DNA of 64,000 nt from Tubiluchus corallicola. Its lineage: Eukaryota > Animalia > Priapulida. Location of the stretch: the NCBI GenBank assembly GCA_030141605.1, contig JAQGDQ010000592.1, positions 69,774 to 133,773 of the forward strand, given 5' to 3'. Of this stretch, positions 38,770 to 53,100 are shown piece by piece (within the stretch, counting starts at the first letter, position 1; each line of letters begins with the position of its first letter). The notes under the pieces were generated by a model that saw nothing but the letters and a program-made list of their open reading frames with translations, had not been told where the DNA came from and did not search any database. The translations under genes were made by a program, and so were the position numbers.

Positions 38770-39799
38770 AACTGTAGCGGGAAAGGGCCACCTGCAAAAG
38801 AACGGAATTTGTTACTTGCGGTTAAAAGTGTTTGATCTAATAGTCTAAAATAATCAAAACTTTGTATTTAAATACTGGTAAAAATCTACGAAAAGACTAG
38901 GAAACGTGTTAGCATTAAGTTAACTGTAATATTGTCCTTCAACTGTTATGGACGCCTAGTAATTTTAAAAGTAACTTTTAAAGTTTCCACTGACAATTTG
39001 CCATAGTAATTTTAGAGAATATGTGCATTTAAACAGCAAGTAGCAAAGTTACTTGAGTGGTGCATATGCAAGTTGTCATTGAATCACTAAATCAATGTGG
39101 AAAAAAGCACTTGCAGAGCTATGTGAGTCGTTGCTGCATGAAATAGCTTTTAACAACAAACAAATGGTGGAACTTAACAAAGTAAAATTTGTAAACCCAA
39201 CACCCACAAAAAATAATAAGGCCACTGAAGTGCAAATAAGTTAGCTTAGTGAAAATGAATTGTCTAAAATTTTTGTGAAATGCGATCCAGGTGCCCGAGC
39301 TAAAATGCTCCACTTCAAACTAATGATTTGTGATATAGTGAGTAGCACCTCTCAACGTGAAGGAAGGCATTGTAATATGTTTTCTACAGTCTGCTCTGGT
39401 ACACAAGCCCATAATTGCATTACAAAGAGAAAAGTGGAACGCCCAACTTACGGAAGGAAATTCTTTCACTCGTTCAATCTCATTTTTATACTGGTTAGGT
39501 GGTCCTGTCTTTGGAAACTCAGACACTAGTGAAAGTTGCTCCTTCTTAGTTCTATATTATTGCTGACATGTTGCACAGGTTATTTACGCAGCTGTCTCGA
39601 GTTCAATCACAAATCTTGGTTACGCAATTTGAGCACGACTTAAGTAATTACGAACAATACATACTTAGTCTAACTATTTTACAATAATAGCAATTTCAAA
39701 GCTGTTGCAATGATAGTTAAGTAATTAGTTCATTGTGCGAGTTATTCTAAAAAATTAAAAATCGCGGGTCGAAATGTGTTTGAGAGAGAAGTTAAAAGC

Positions 39800-40463
39800 A
39801 TACCTGTTAAATAAGATATCACATTAAATATGGAAGTGTACTGTAGATCCCAATCAGCATCTGACGGCACGGGTACATGTTAACTTTCGCTAGTTCATCA
39901 CTGAGTGGAACTGAAATGTCCTTAACATAGATTGGCGTAGCTAGAATGTTTAGTCTACACAGTAATTGTCTAAGAAGAGAGGTTTACATGCGACACTAGG
40001 CACAGAATGACGTTAGCAAGGTCACTTCATCTGTATCGAGGGCGGAGTTTACGCTCATGATCTCCTCCATTCTTACCTTCGGCACGAAATTGTTGTGGAA
40101 TAAACCTGCATCTCTCAAAACAACGGCAGAAACTTTGATTCACGTCTGCGTTAAATGCTTCGGATATTCATTATCGTATTTGTGATCACTGCTGGACCAA
40201 GTAACATGCACCATCTGCTTTCGTCATAGCGGTAAAAAGTTGTCAAGTCAGGAATTATTGTCAACAGAAGTTGTTAGTTCACTTTCGGTTAACGTTCACA
40301 AGATAAAGAAGTCGCTTGGTGAAATAGCCATCTGCATTATTGTAGATGTAAGACAAGGACATTGAGTTACGTTCATCGGAGCGTGTCAAACAGGCCAGCG
40401 AACTCAATCTGAACGGATCTTCCTTTCACTTTCTCTCTACTGTTTTGTCGTGTTGCCTCGAAT
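39800..40463. promoter_or_regulatory. Putative bidirectional promoter between DUOXA (-) and the divergent signal-peptide exon (+)
   Basis: Locally more GC/CpG-rich, GGGCGG box near 40040. Minus-strand donor candidates (AG|GTATG at 39803; AAG|GTAAGA at ~40076) could end a DUOXA 5'UTR exon. Transcription starts cannot be located. Confidence 0.4.
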
Positions 40464-40530
40464 ATGAGTTGGTCGAACATCTACATTGTTGTTTTCATCT
40501 ACACATTACGCACCACAGCTGTTACGACAG
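40464..40530 (+). CDS. Isolated first coding exon encoding a signal-peptide-like sequence; candidate first exon of a divergent gene (possibly DUOX)
   Basis: AATATGA start context, MSWSNIYIVVFIYTLRTTAVTT plus 1 nt, perfect donor CAG|GTAAGT (phase 1). The identity of the gene is inferred from position only. Confidence 0.5.
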
Positions 40531-41139
40531 GTAAGTAAGTATGCGCTGTTCATATAACTTGCGTTGTACTAGTATAATTGGAATGAAATTGCACGTATGC
40601 TTCACTAATAAATTGTACGCAAAGAAATTTTTACTAAATTAGCGCAACTCGCCGGATTCGGACGCGCACGGAATATTTAATTACTCACTATTACAGTGAC
40701 ATTATTCAGCGTAGTATGTTTTTTCTGCTGACTTCTAAATACTATCAGAACAAATGCAATTACTATTTATTTATTTATTCTGAATAATCAAAAGTCTAAT
40801 AGTCCAACTATTCAGGCCTATTCCGCATTATTTTTCACTATTATAACCCAAGTTTGCACTTATTAAATTAACTAGGCAAAAATAATTACTCTTTTGCATT
40901 GGTTTACTCATTTACTAGTACAAAATTAATATTTATTTTATACGAGCATTGCGCGGAAGTTGCGGCGCGCGCGCTGGATGGATGAAGTTTAAACCAAGCA
41001 TTTATTAAAAATCATGTTTTACAATACATACGGTATTATGCATTAGAGTGTTCTTTGATACGTTTTGGCAGGAAAAAAACATGGCTTATATGACTATGCT
41101 TTAAAATCTTAAATCATTAAATACTCTGCCCGTATTTGG

Positions 41140-44100
41140 TCAGCGAATTATTAAAAGACTTGCACGAATAGCTGAGAACAACATAATGATACGGATCATT
41201 GTTGTGACATGAACTGGAGCTCTGTCAGAGTTAGATACAGCGGCATCGAAACTTGCTCCTCTAAATCCATTCCCTGAAAAAAGAATACGTAAGAATATCG
41301 ACATAAAATATCATTTGAGGTTATAAACCATCATTATATGTAGTATCCATGTTTTTTATTTATGTTGTATTTAAATTATAATAGGAATGATAATGATAGG
41401 AATGAAAAAAGAAAATGTTAATGCACATTGTATAAATAAGTTATTAAACTCTTGTCACTTTTAGATCTCGCTAAAATAACTTAAAAAATACTCTTATGTG
41501 TCAAGTTAGCATTTATGGGCTGATCACAGCACAAGTAGTTTTTTTTGTAAAAAATAAGAACTTATCAAACAGTTGTGAAAACTGTTAATATGTTACATAT
41601 TTTTCACTTCTTTAAATACTAAAACACGTGGGAAAAAAGAGCAATATAGACATTGAACATAATTAATTACTCTGTTTACTAACTTGATTTGCTAGAGAAT
41701 GTTGGGCAACTACGGTTACTTTCAAAAAATGTATCACAAGTTGCCAAGGTATCAAAAAAAGTTATGACATCGTTTTGGAACTTTTAAGAGAACTTTCATT
41801 GTGACATCACAAAAAATTAAGTGTCATTTTACCTAAATTACAATTATTTGCATTTGCTTTGCAGGCATCATTTGAGCCCAGAAACATTTTAAGCCATTTG
41901 TGCTTCTCACAGAAAACATTTGCAAACAGAAAACCTGTCCTATGCTAAGATAATACTTGAAAGAAGACAATAAGCGTTTTGCACTTCTTAAGCACAGGTA
42001 TTTAACAAAATACATACTATCGTATCTAAAAAACAAGAAAATTGCGTTTTTTAAATAAAGAACTTGCAAAGAAAGATACTTAACCAGGAGTCATAAAAGT
42101 TACAATATCACATAGAACATGCAGATTAATTGTTCACCTTGTTCACAATATTCTCCAGTATATCTTGGTGGACAATTACAAACAAACGTGTTTAACTCAC
42201 TTATGCATGAACCTCCATTCCTGCAAGGATTTGATAAGCAATTGTCAACAACTGAAAAAAATGAATAGATGAAATTTACACCGAGAATAACTTTTATTTG
42301 TTAATGCGAGTTAGCAGAATTTGTGAACATGATAATTATCTTTTTAGATAAGAGATATCAACACATCTATTTTACCACTTGTCAAAAACAACAATAGCAA
42401 ATTACAAAAAAAGGAACAGGAAAAAAGCAACAAAAAAGATGCAGTTATCTATACTCATAGAGACGTGATAAAAAAGTTTAGTGACCACGACAATCTATGG
42501 GCTACCTACACACTACAGGTGACAGTGGATTACTAAAGTCCACTAATTGCTATTATTTTTATTTTGAACAACGAATTTGCTGCGAACTAAACTTGTTCAG
42601 AGACAAGAAGAATTAATTAGGACGTGTAGTGGGTCATGGCTGTCTGGGTTCGATGCTGTCTCTGGGGAGTTTCATTCATCATACTGTCTACCTTCTAGAG
42701 TGATGGTAATGATAGGAATGTTGCTTTAGTGGCTTACGTTTGAGAAATGTCTAGAGATCCAGATTCTGGTTGCTTGAGAAAATATTGAGTGGAGCTCTAG
42801 ATTGTTGTATGCTCAATTTTCTTATAAAAAGAATATAATTTATAATCAGGATCTCATGCGTAATGATGATAAGTCCGTTTTGGTCAATTTGAGAAGGCAT
42901 TCCAGTTCGTGAGTGAGTCTTGGGTGTGTGTATCTCTTAAATAAAATATTTTGCAATTCTGTACTATTATTATTAAATATTAGCTGAAATAGTGAAAAGC
43001 AGGAAATGACAAACGTTCTGGTACAGATCCTAATTTTTTCATCGCATGCAACTGTCATATTACATGCAAGCTGCAGAAACTAAAGAATTTAAAATTAAAT
43101 AAGCATTAATTTAGAATTCTCAGTTACAATTTAAGTTAGAACTCTCAAGCGGAGTATATGTTTATTTGTGACTTGCTAGATTCATGCAATGGTCACAGAA
43201 GTGGGATATCATTGTTTTTGCTTCATGCTGTATCTTCTCCTACATTTTAAAGCCAGACCCACAATTTATTGAATAGTTAGGTTGTGTCAAAGCTTAGTGA
43301 ATGGCAAAATGTGCATGGAGGAAAATTTTCTGCTTAAGAAAAACACGAATTCAAAGGCTACCAATCTTCGACAACAGTAATTTGCAGAGAACGTCATACA
43401 GCACTCCATCAACTGTCAATAGTCATTCGAACGCAGAAAGATTGCTTAGTAATTCGTGCTTTTCAGGGAAAATATTTGCAAATGACAGACCTGTGCAATG
43501 CTAAGACAACAAATGTTTTGAAACATGAAAAAAGGCAATAAAGGTCTAGCACCTCCTCAAGACAAAGATTTGACAAATATTCTATGGAGTCTAAAAAACA
43601 AATAACCTCTTGTTTGTATTGGATAAAGGGGCGTCTGAATAAAGGACTGAATCAGCGGTCATAAAATTTACAATATCATAAATGCATACAGATACCTTTC
43701 TCACAATTGTCTCCAGTATAATTAGTTGGGCAAATGCAATCAGTCCAGTTTAGGTTACTCATACATAGCCCTCCATTTTTGCAAGGATTAGGTGAGCACC
43801 GGTTGACAACTGGAAAAATTCGATTAGATGAAACTTACATAAAGAAAGACTTTTACAAGTTAGTGCAATTCAACAGTGTACGTGAACACAAGAATAGCGT
43901 TCATCACAAAAACGAAAATCACGAATACCGAAAATTTTCTGCCTAGGAGACAAAAGTCAAAATTGTGAGACAGCAAATTCAGAGGCAACAATCTTGAGCA
44001 AGGGTAATTTCCAGAGTACATCATACACCACACTGTCAACTGTCAGTTGAAGCTCGAAAGGTTTCCTTGTTGTAAGTGTTTCTCCGGGAAAATATTTGCA

Positions 44101-47100
44101 AATGGCAGACATGTGTAATGTTAAGACAATACGTGTTTTGAAACATGAAAACGCAATAAACGTTTTGCACTTCTTCTGCACAAAGAATTGTATGAAAACT
44201 AGCTATCACTTTTTTTAATAAAGAACCGTACAAAAGGAAAGATACCCAATCGCCAGTCATAAACGTTACAACATCATATCATACATAGATACCTTGTTCA
44301 CAATAGCCTCCAGTATATCCAGAGGGGCAAATGCAATCAGTAGTCCAGTTTAGCCCTCTCTTGCATAAACCTCCATTTTTGCAAGGATTAGGTGAGCAAT
44401 TGTCAACAACTGGAAAATATCAAACTTACATTGAGAATGACTTTTATGAATTAGTGTCATTCATTAGTGCGAAAGAACAAAAGAATTGCATTTATCACAA
44501 AAACCAATTTTTCGTTTGTATAAGTGCAAAATGATTTTAATCATGTAGATAATCAAAAATTTTTATGTTGTTCTGCCTCAGACCATTGATTATCATGTTC
44601 AGTATTTTGTGCTCAGAGTAGTAATAACACAAATTAGTAAGAAAGTATAGTACCCAGTATATATATATATGACGAGAATAATTTTCAATGCCAAGAATTG
44701 TAATGATTAATAAAAACACACACAGAAATGATCAACATTTTAGTCTTGAGTCAATAAACTACAATTGACTATCTTCATTTTACAGGTAAATGTTAAAATG
44801 TTAACAAAAACAAAACAGTTATAAACAAGATGCAGTTATTAATACTGGTAGAGATGTGATAAATACCTTGTGAACAGTTATGTCCTTCGTATCCTGCTTC
44901 ACAAGTGCAGGTGTAATTATTGATACTCTGTGTGCACGAGCCGTGAATACAAGGATCTGACAAACATTCATCAATATCTAAAAATAATTCACACCTAAAG
45001 GCATCAACCTTCTGGTAATATTTTAAAATCTTTTTAAAACCTCCATTATTGCAAGGATCGTGTAAGCATTTGTCAACAAACGGAAAAAATCGAACTGACA
45101 TTGAGAATGACTTTCATGAATTAGTGCAGTTCAACAGTGCCCATGAATTCACGAAACGGATTTTTTACTTTTATAAAGTTTTTATATTTTAGAATAACAC
45201 GTTTGTTCCGCAAAATAAGACACTTATTATAAGTTTGCAGATTACAGGCACAACAAACGATAATCGTTAATGAGTAGAGTGAACAGTGCACATAAATTTC
45301 CTCACAGGCTGTGAAAGTTACATGATTCAACCGTTTGCCAAACCATTACGAAAGAGAAGAAGACCAAGTATGTTTTCCACATCATACCACTGGCTTGAGA
45401 AATTGTGAGACCCAAGGCTTCAAAGACATTAAAAAATTGATGTTTTGCACCATGAAAATTGATGAATCAAAAATGCAATTACAATATTTTGTTTACGGTT
45501 GCAGTAGTTGATTAGCTTTAACAAAGTTGCACTTAAGTGGGCAAAAAGCTATTGAAATAGAGCTGTTAGCAAAACACGTTGCAATTGACAAGATTTGAAA
45601 AATAAAATACAGATATATTTATTGATTACATAATAATGTGAAGGTCCATTAACACAAGGAGTAGATAAACATCCATCAAGGTTTGGAAAATATTGTAAAC
45701 TAATTGTTTGTTTGTGTAGATACTAAGACGAACCAGACTACATGGCTCATTAATTTACTTTACAACTGCAGCACAAATAGTTTTAGTGTGTTTGATAGAC
45801 TTCTGGAATGATCAACTAGATTTTAAATTATGAAAATAAACTTCCCATAAAGAAAAAAATGCAAAAGTTCCACAGTTTCGTTTACAGCTAGGAAGAGAAA
45901 TCCTACTTCATTTTTCTAAATACTTTGAAACGTTCACTTTTGCTTTCTCATTTATATCTTTTGCTTTTCTGTTTATATGCATATCATGCTGTCCAAATTT
46001 AAGCACGTCGTAGACCCATATTTTTGCCAAATGTTCATAAATGCATTGATATCTTTAGAAACTTGCCAATGTGTATAACAGCAAGATGACGTTAATCATG
46101 TAGATAATCTGAAATGGCTAGGTTGTTATGTGTCAGTCCCTTGATCACAATCAAATTTTTTTGCTAAGGACTAGTAATAACACAAATTAGTAAAGGACTA
46201 CAGTACTCAACTTATTTGAAATTCTGCATACTTGCATATAACAATGGTAATGTTGTTGTGTATATTATTATAAGAATAATTTCCAAACACAAGAACAGTA
46301 ATGATAAATAAAAACGCTAGACAGAGATGATGAACAAGACATTTCAGTCTTGAGTTCATCAAATCCAATGGGCTATCCTTATTTTACAGGTTAAAAAAAG
46401 CATAAATGTTAACAAAAAACAGTTATAAACAAGACACAGTCATTTATACTCGTAGAGATGTGATAAATACCTTGTGAACAGTTATGTCCTTCGTATCCTG
46501 CTTCACAAGTGCAGGTGTAATTATTGACACTCTGTGTGCATGACCCATGAATACAAGGATCTGACAAACATTCATCAATATCTAAAAATAATTCACACCT
46601 AAATGCATCAACCAGCTGGTAATATTTTAAAACCATGTTTAGTGTCCACAACAACCCATGGTCTGGCTACACTTCAAGATATGCCTAAAAGTCCACAAAG
46701 AGTTATTATTCTCTATTTTGAATAAAAAAATTAAGCAAGACAATAAATGTTTTCTACTCTTCTGCACAAGGATTTGAAAAATACCCATTGCAATCTAAAA
46801 AAGTCATCACTTAAAATGTTTTTAAATAAAAATGCAGATACCATGTTCACAATAGTCTCCAGTATATCCAGGTGGACAATCACAAACGAACAAGTTCAAG
46901 CTACTTTTGCATGTACCTCCATGCTCGCAAGGATCAGATAAGCAATTGTCAACAACTGGAAAAAATCGAACCTACTTTGAGAGTGACTTTTGTGAATTAC
47001 TACATTTCAACAGTGCCCATGAACACAAGAAACGGAGCTTTACTTTTATATAATTTTTATATTTTAGGATAACCAAGGATGTCTCCCGTCGAACAACAAG

Positions 47101-50100
47101 TTTGTTCCACAAATTAAGACATTTCTTATCAGCTTGCAGATTAAAGCACAACAAATGGTAATCGTTAACAAGTAGTGTGAACAGTGCACTTAAATTTCCT
47201 CGCAAATTGACAGACTGTGACAGTCACATGGTTCAGGCATGAGCCAAGCCATTACAAATGGGAAGATGCTTGAGACCACTGAATATTTTTCACATCATAC
47301 CACTGGCTTGAGAAAATGACGAGACCCTAGATTTTAAAGACATTTATAAAATCAACATTGGACGCCAGGAGAATTGATGCCATAAAATAACAACTACAAT
47401 ATTTTGTTTACAGTTACAGTAGTTGATTAACTTTAACAAAGTTGCATTTAAGTGCACAAAACAAAATATTGAAATTGAGCCATTAACAAAATACGTCGCA
47501 ATTGACAATGACTAGTGCAAGATTTGAAAAAAAAAATACACGTGTATATATTGCATCCATAATAACGCTTAGCTCCATTAACACATGGAGTAGATAAATA
47601 TTCATCAATCTCTGCAAAATATTGTAAAATATTAGTTAGTACTCATATTATGTTAACCATTATTTTAATGATATTAATCATGTAGATAAAGAGAAGTTGT
47701 TAAGTTTTTTGTGGCAGTCCAATGATCATCATAATCAAAATTTTTTGTTCAGAGAAGTAATACACAACTTATTTGTAATTCTGAAAATTTGCATGCAAAA
47801 AACTGTAATGTTGTTGTGTATATATTATTATAGGAATAAATCCCAATGACAAGAATTGTACTGATAAATAAAAACATAACAAAACAAGACATTTCAGTCT
47901 TGAGGGCATCAAACGTAATAGGCTATCTTTATTTTACAGGTAGAAAGAAAATGTTAGTAAAAAAAACTATTTATAAACAGGATGCAGTTATTTATACTCT
48001 TAGAGATGTGATAAATACCTTGTGAACAGTTGTGCCCTTCGTATCCTATTTCACAAGTGCAGGTGTAATTATTGACACTCTGTGTGCATGAGCCGTGAAT
48101 ACAAGGATCTGACAAACATTCATCAATATCTGAAAAAAATTCACATTTAAAGACATCAACCTACTGGTAATATCTTAAAATCATGTTTATGTCCACGACA
48201 ACCTATGGTCTGCCTACACTTCTTGGGTGAAAAGATATGCCCAAAAGTCCACAAAGAGTTATTATTATCTATTTTGAATAACAAATTTAAGCAAGCTACG
48301 GATACCATTTATTATCAAAAGTCATTTGAACCCGAAAAAAATTATTTTGGTTTCTCCTTCTTAGGGAACATTTGCAAACAGCATACTGTGCAATACTAGT
48401 TGACAGTGACACTGTAATGAAAATAATTGTATTGAAAAATAAAAACAAGCAATAAATATTTTGCACTCTTTAGCACAAGGATTTGGCAAATATTCTTTAC
48501 AATCTAAAAGTCAACACTTAAATTGTTTTTTTTAAAAATGTAGATACCTTGTTCACAATAGTCTCCAGTATATCCAGGTGGACAATCACAAGCAAACGAG
48601 TTCACGCCATTCATGCATGATCCTCCATTCTTGCAGGAATCGGGTAAGCAATTGTCAACAACTGAAAAAAATCAAATATACATTGAAAATGAATTTTATG
48701 AGTTAGTGCCATTGAACCATGCCCAAAAATTGTATTCCTGACAAAAAAACGAAAATTTTCTGCCTAAGAGACGAAAATCTAAATTCTGAAGCCACAAATT
48801 CAAAGGTTGCCAATCTTGAGCAAAAGTAATTTGCAGATTACATCATACATTACTCCATCAACTGTCAATACTTATTTGAACCTAGAAAGATTTCCTTGTG
48901 ATTTAGGTTATGTACTAGAGAAGACAGACTTAGCAAGTCGTTGGTAGGTGCTGAGTGCACTGGTTACAGTTGGTTATCTTCCAGGGCCAAGCTGAACCAT
49001 TATTTAAATGTAACCAGCTGTGCTCCTGCCTCAGACAGTGGCGATGGTCTAAGTAGTGTTCGGGGGGGGGGGGGCTGCTGAGCAGTATGTTATATTTTGT
49101 GTTGGTGAGATCAGGAATTTAAGACAGCTCAGCACAGCAAAAATGTTATTAAATAAAATAATAATTGAACAAAACAGCACAGTGGTTATTAAACTAAATG
49201 AAACATTAAATCTTCTTCGAAATTGATTCAATAACTGAATAACTGAATTCAATAACAGTTACTAATACGGGTAGAGATGTAATAAATACCTTGTGAACAG
49301 TTATGTCCTTCGTATCCTGCTTCACAAGTGCAGGTGTAATTATTGACACTCTCTGTGCATGAGCCATGAATACAAGGATCTGNNNNNNNNNNNNNNNNNN
49401 NNNNNNNNNNNNNNNNNNNNNNNNNNNNNNNNNNNNNNNNNNNNNNNNNNNNNNNNNNNNNNNNNNNNNNNNNNNNNNNNNNNNNNNNNNNNNNNNNNNN
49501 NNNNNNNNNNNNNNNNNNNNNNNNNNNNNNNNNNNNNNNNNNNNNNNNNNNNNNNNNNNNNNNNNNNNNNNNNNNNNNNNNNNNNNNNNNNNNNNNNNNN
49601 NNNNNNNNNNNNNNNNNNNNNNNNNNNNNNNNNNNNNNNNNNNNNNGGGTGGACAATCACAAACGAACAAGTTCAAGCTACTTTTGCATGAACCTCCATT
49701 TTTGCAAGGATCCGATAAGCAATTGTCAACAACTGGAAAATATCAAACTTACATTGAGAGGGACTTTTATGCACTAGCACGATAGTGCCCATGAACACTA
49801 GAAACTGATTTTGTACTTTAAAAAGTTTTATAATTTTTTATAATAACTGAGCATGGTACTCCGTCAAACAACACATTTTTTCTACATTTATTATAAGATT
49901 GTAGACAACAAATATAAGAAAAAAAGGTAATAAGGTAGTGTGAACAGTGCTTATAAGTTTCCCCACGTATCAACATACTGGGAAAGCCTCATGTTTCAAG
50001 ATTGGTCCAAACTACTACAAAAGGGAAGAAGCTCGAAACTGCAGTGTGTTTTTCACATCATACCACTGGCTTGAGAAATGATGACATCCAAGTTTTCAAA

Positions 50101-53100
50101 GACATTAAAAATGAAGATTGTTGATTAACGTTTACAAGGTTGCATTTAAGTGCACAAGCAGAATATTGTAATAGAACCATTTACAAAACATGTTCCAATT
50201 GACTATGACAAGTATGAGATTTGAAAAATAAAATAAGATTAAATAAAATAAGCGTAGTGAATGCTTACAAAAGGAAAAATGATTTGAAATTATAATAATT
50301 TTAAAAATGAGTTCACAAAAGATAGCTCAATATTTCATGTAATTTTTTTAGATTTTTAGATCTATAAGTACAGTTAAACTCCAAACATTCTGCAAAGTTT
50401 AGGTACGAAATAAGTTACGACAGGTCTTTTTAATCATCACATCAAACGTAAAAAAACACGATGTAAATTTAACTGTTGCTGAATAAGGGAATGTTTACTA
50501 AGCAATTTTATTAGGTTGTTTTACTTCACCATTGCAGACAAAGTAACAGCAGTCTACAAAAGTGGACAATTAATCTATTGTTTAGCCTGTGTCTATTTGT
50601 AAGGAAAAAGACTCATATCAGCAAATTTTATGTACCTTGTTCACAGTTTTCCCCAGTATATCCGCTTGCACACATACAGATATAACTGTATTCTCCTTCT
50701 ATACACGTACCACCATTTTTACATGGTTCAGAAGCACACATGGAAAGAACTGAAGAAATAACAAGTACTTGTCAAGCAATTTAATTAAGCCTTTCAATAA
50801 TTACTTGTTTTTGCATTTTTACAAATTGGCATTTCTTCAGTGTGTTTGAAACGAAGCCAGTCTTAGTCTTGTGACCTAAGCTTTTGTAGAATATGACACC
50901 TATCAATTGCACCTGGTTTTTACACCTAGTTTGATTTTCTGTTTGCACAATGATAATCATGTCGTTTGCTGGAACACGAAGTACTTTGCTTATTTTCTTA
51001 TAAGTTGATAGTCATCATTAAAGTATTGTCAACCCAAAGTTGATCTTCTTTAATAATCATTTAAATCATGAAAAGTTGCTTCAAGTCTCTGAAATTATAA
51101 AGCAATAATTTGTTTCAGGCTTCTTAAATATGATTTTTTCATCTTTGTCTTAGTAAATAGTAAATAGCCTTTAGCACGTTTTTATACACATTTTGTTATC
51201 TATTTGGCTGTGTCATTATAGTTAGGCCTCTGCAAAAATATCTGGGTTATAAATGCTGTAGAAATTTGCAATCATTTTATTGAAGGTGAGGCGTATTGTA
51301 TATAATGAGGTATACAATCCTATTGAGGTACACAATGTTGACCTTAATCACAAAATTGATCAAATAGTCATAAAGTTAGCAATATGATTTTTAACAGTAT
51401 TTGTATCCTTTCTTAATGCTGTCTCTAGATCAACTAAAACTTGCATGCCTGAGAGTATTGAGCTGTAATCAAATGACCAGAGACTCAAGTTCCTATTGGA
51501 AGGTACATTACAGTCATGCTTACAGACCATAAATGGAAAGGTCACCTATACTCTACAGACTTCAAGTTAAACCAAAATCAAAGTCTACTTGGCTTCTTTG
51601 ATAGCAGAACAAAGAATATTGGTTTACAGAAAGCTGTGTTATAATGTTATAATTGTTTTCTATTTAAACTCGAATAAGAGAGTTAGAACCAGAATTAAAG
51701 CTTGAAATTAACAACCTAATTACTCTGATTAATGACTATCTATCAAAGCAAAAGGAAATAATATTTAGAAACAAAAAATCAATCTCTGACAAACTTTGTA
51801 CAATTAGAGTAAAACAACGACTGTAGATGGCAGCATAGACTAATTCAGTACCTTAGTGTAGTAGACTGACAATTAAATGGATCACATAATACTACAATTG
51901 CATACTTGGTACAATAAGCGACAAATGCACTTATATCAATAATGTGCCACTTATCTCAACATTGACTTAAGCCACTTATCCCAACATTGACTTAAGCCAC
52001 TTATCCCAACTTTGACTTAAGCCACTTATCCCAACGTCGACTTAAGCCACTTATCCCAACATTAACTTAAGCCACTTATCCCAACATTAACTTAAGCCAC
52101 TTATCCCAACATTAACTTAAGCCACTTATCCCAACATTAACTTAAGGCACTTATCCCAACATTAACTTAAGCCATTTATCCCAACGTCGACTTAAGTCAC
52201 TTATCCCAATGTCGACTTAAGCCACTTATCCCAACATTAACTTAAGGCACTTATCCCAATGTCGACTTAAGCCACTTATCCCAACATTAACTTAAGGCAC
52301 TTATCCCAAAGTTGACTTAAGCCACTTATCCCAACGCCACTTATCCCAACATTGACTTAAGCCACTTATCCCATCATCGACTTAAGCCACTTATCCCATC
52401 ATTAACTTAAGCCACTTGTCCCAACATCGACTTAAGCCACTTATCCGAATGTTGACTTAAATCACTTTGCGCTTCTGTAATCATGAACGGTGTGGCAATT
52501 TCTGTGTTTGCATGAAGTATGAGATTACCACTGCCCCTATGATGGCATTAATTGATTGTATAATGTTTCATAACGTATTTCAAGCATCGTAATGCTTGCA
52601 AAAATGTGGTGATAGCGAAAAAGAGTAATGTTGCTTTTGACTGCCCCAGCATTTACTGAATATAAATCTTACTGCATTTTTTTGTTAAGAATTTCATTAC
52701 ACAATTTAGTATTGAAATACACCTGTATAGTGTATAATCGATGCCTATAATATTTTTGCTGTTTAGGACATCTTGAGGTTTCAATGTCCATTTTACATAC
52801 TCACTTGTAGTTGTAGTAGATGTCGTAGATGTAATTGTTGTTGTCTCTAAGCATGTCTCTAAAATGTCCTTCGCTTTCGCGCCACTTAATTGCGGCTGTG
52901 AACAGTCCATATTGGCAATTCTAAATTTCTTGTTGCGCAGCCACAATAAATTGCAGTCGCAGATCAGACTGTTACCTGCAAAAAAATTCTGAGAGTTTTC
53001 AGCATTTTCTTAAGAAATATTTTTTAACTGCTTTTATAATTGTCGTAAGTTATCATCTGCTAGTCAATATTTGAGTAAGTAAAATCGTCTTAGTCGCCGC

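Noticed and set aside
42620-42680. A-box/B-box-like motifs (GTGTAGTGG...GGGTTCGAT)
   Set aside because: No cloverleaf; at most a decayed tRNA-derived SINE, not a tRNA gene.
44793-45101. ORF fusing half an EGF, intron sequence and a full EGF
   Set aside because: Read-through across a deletion junction and intron remnant; the real exon is 44867-44977.
49206-49785. Long ORFs containing X runs
   Set aside because: Artefacts of the N gap.
51360-51545. 61-aa minus-strand ORF in LRR-EGF intron 2
   Set aside because: Phase 0 relative to its AG, incompatible with the phase-1 neighbours; no recognisable domain.
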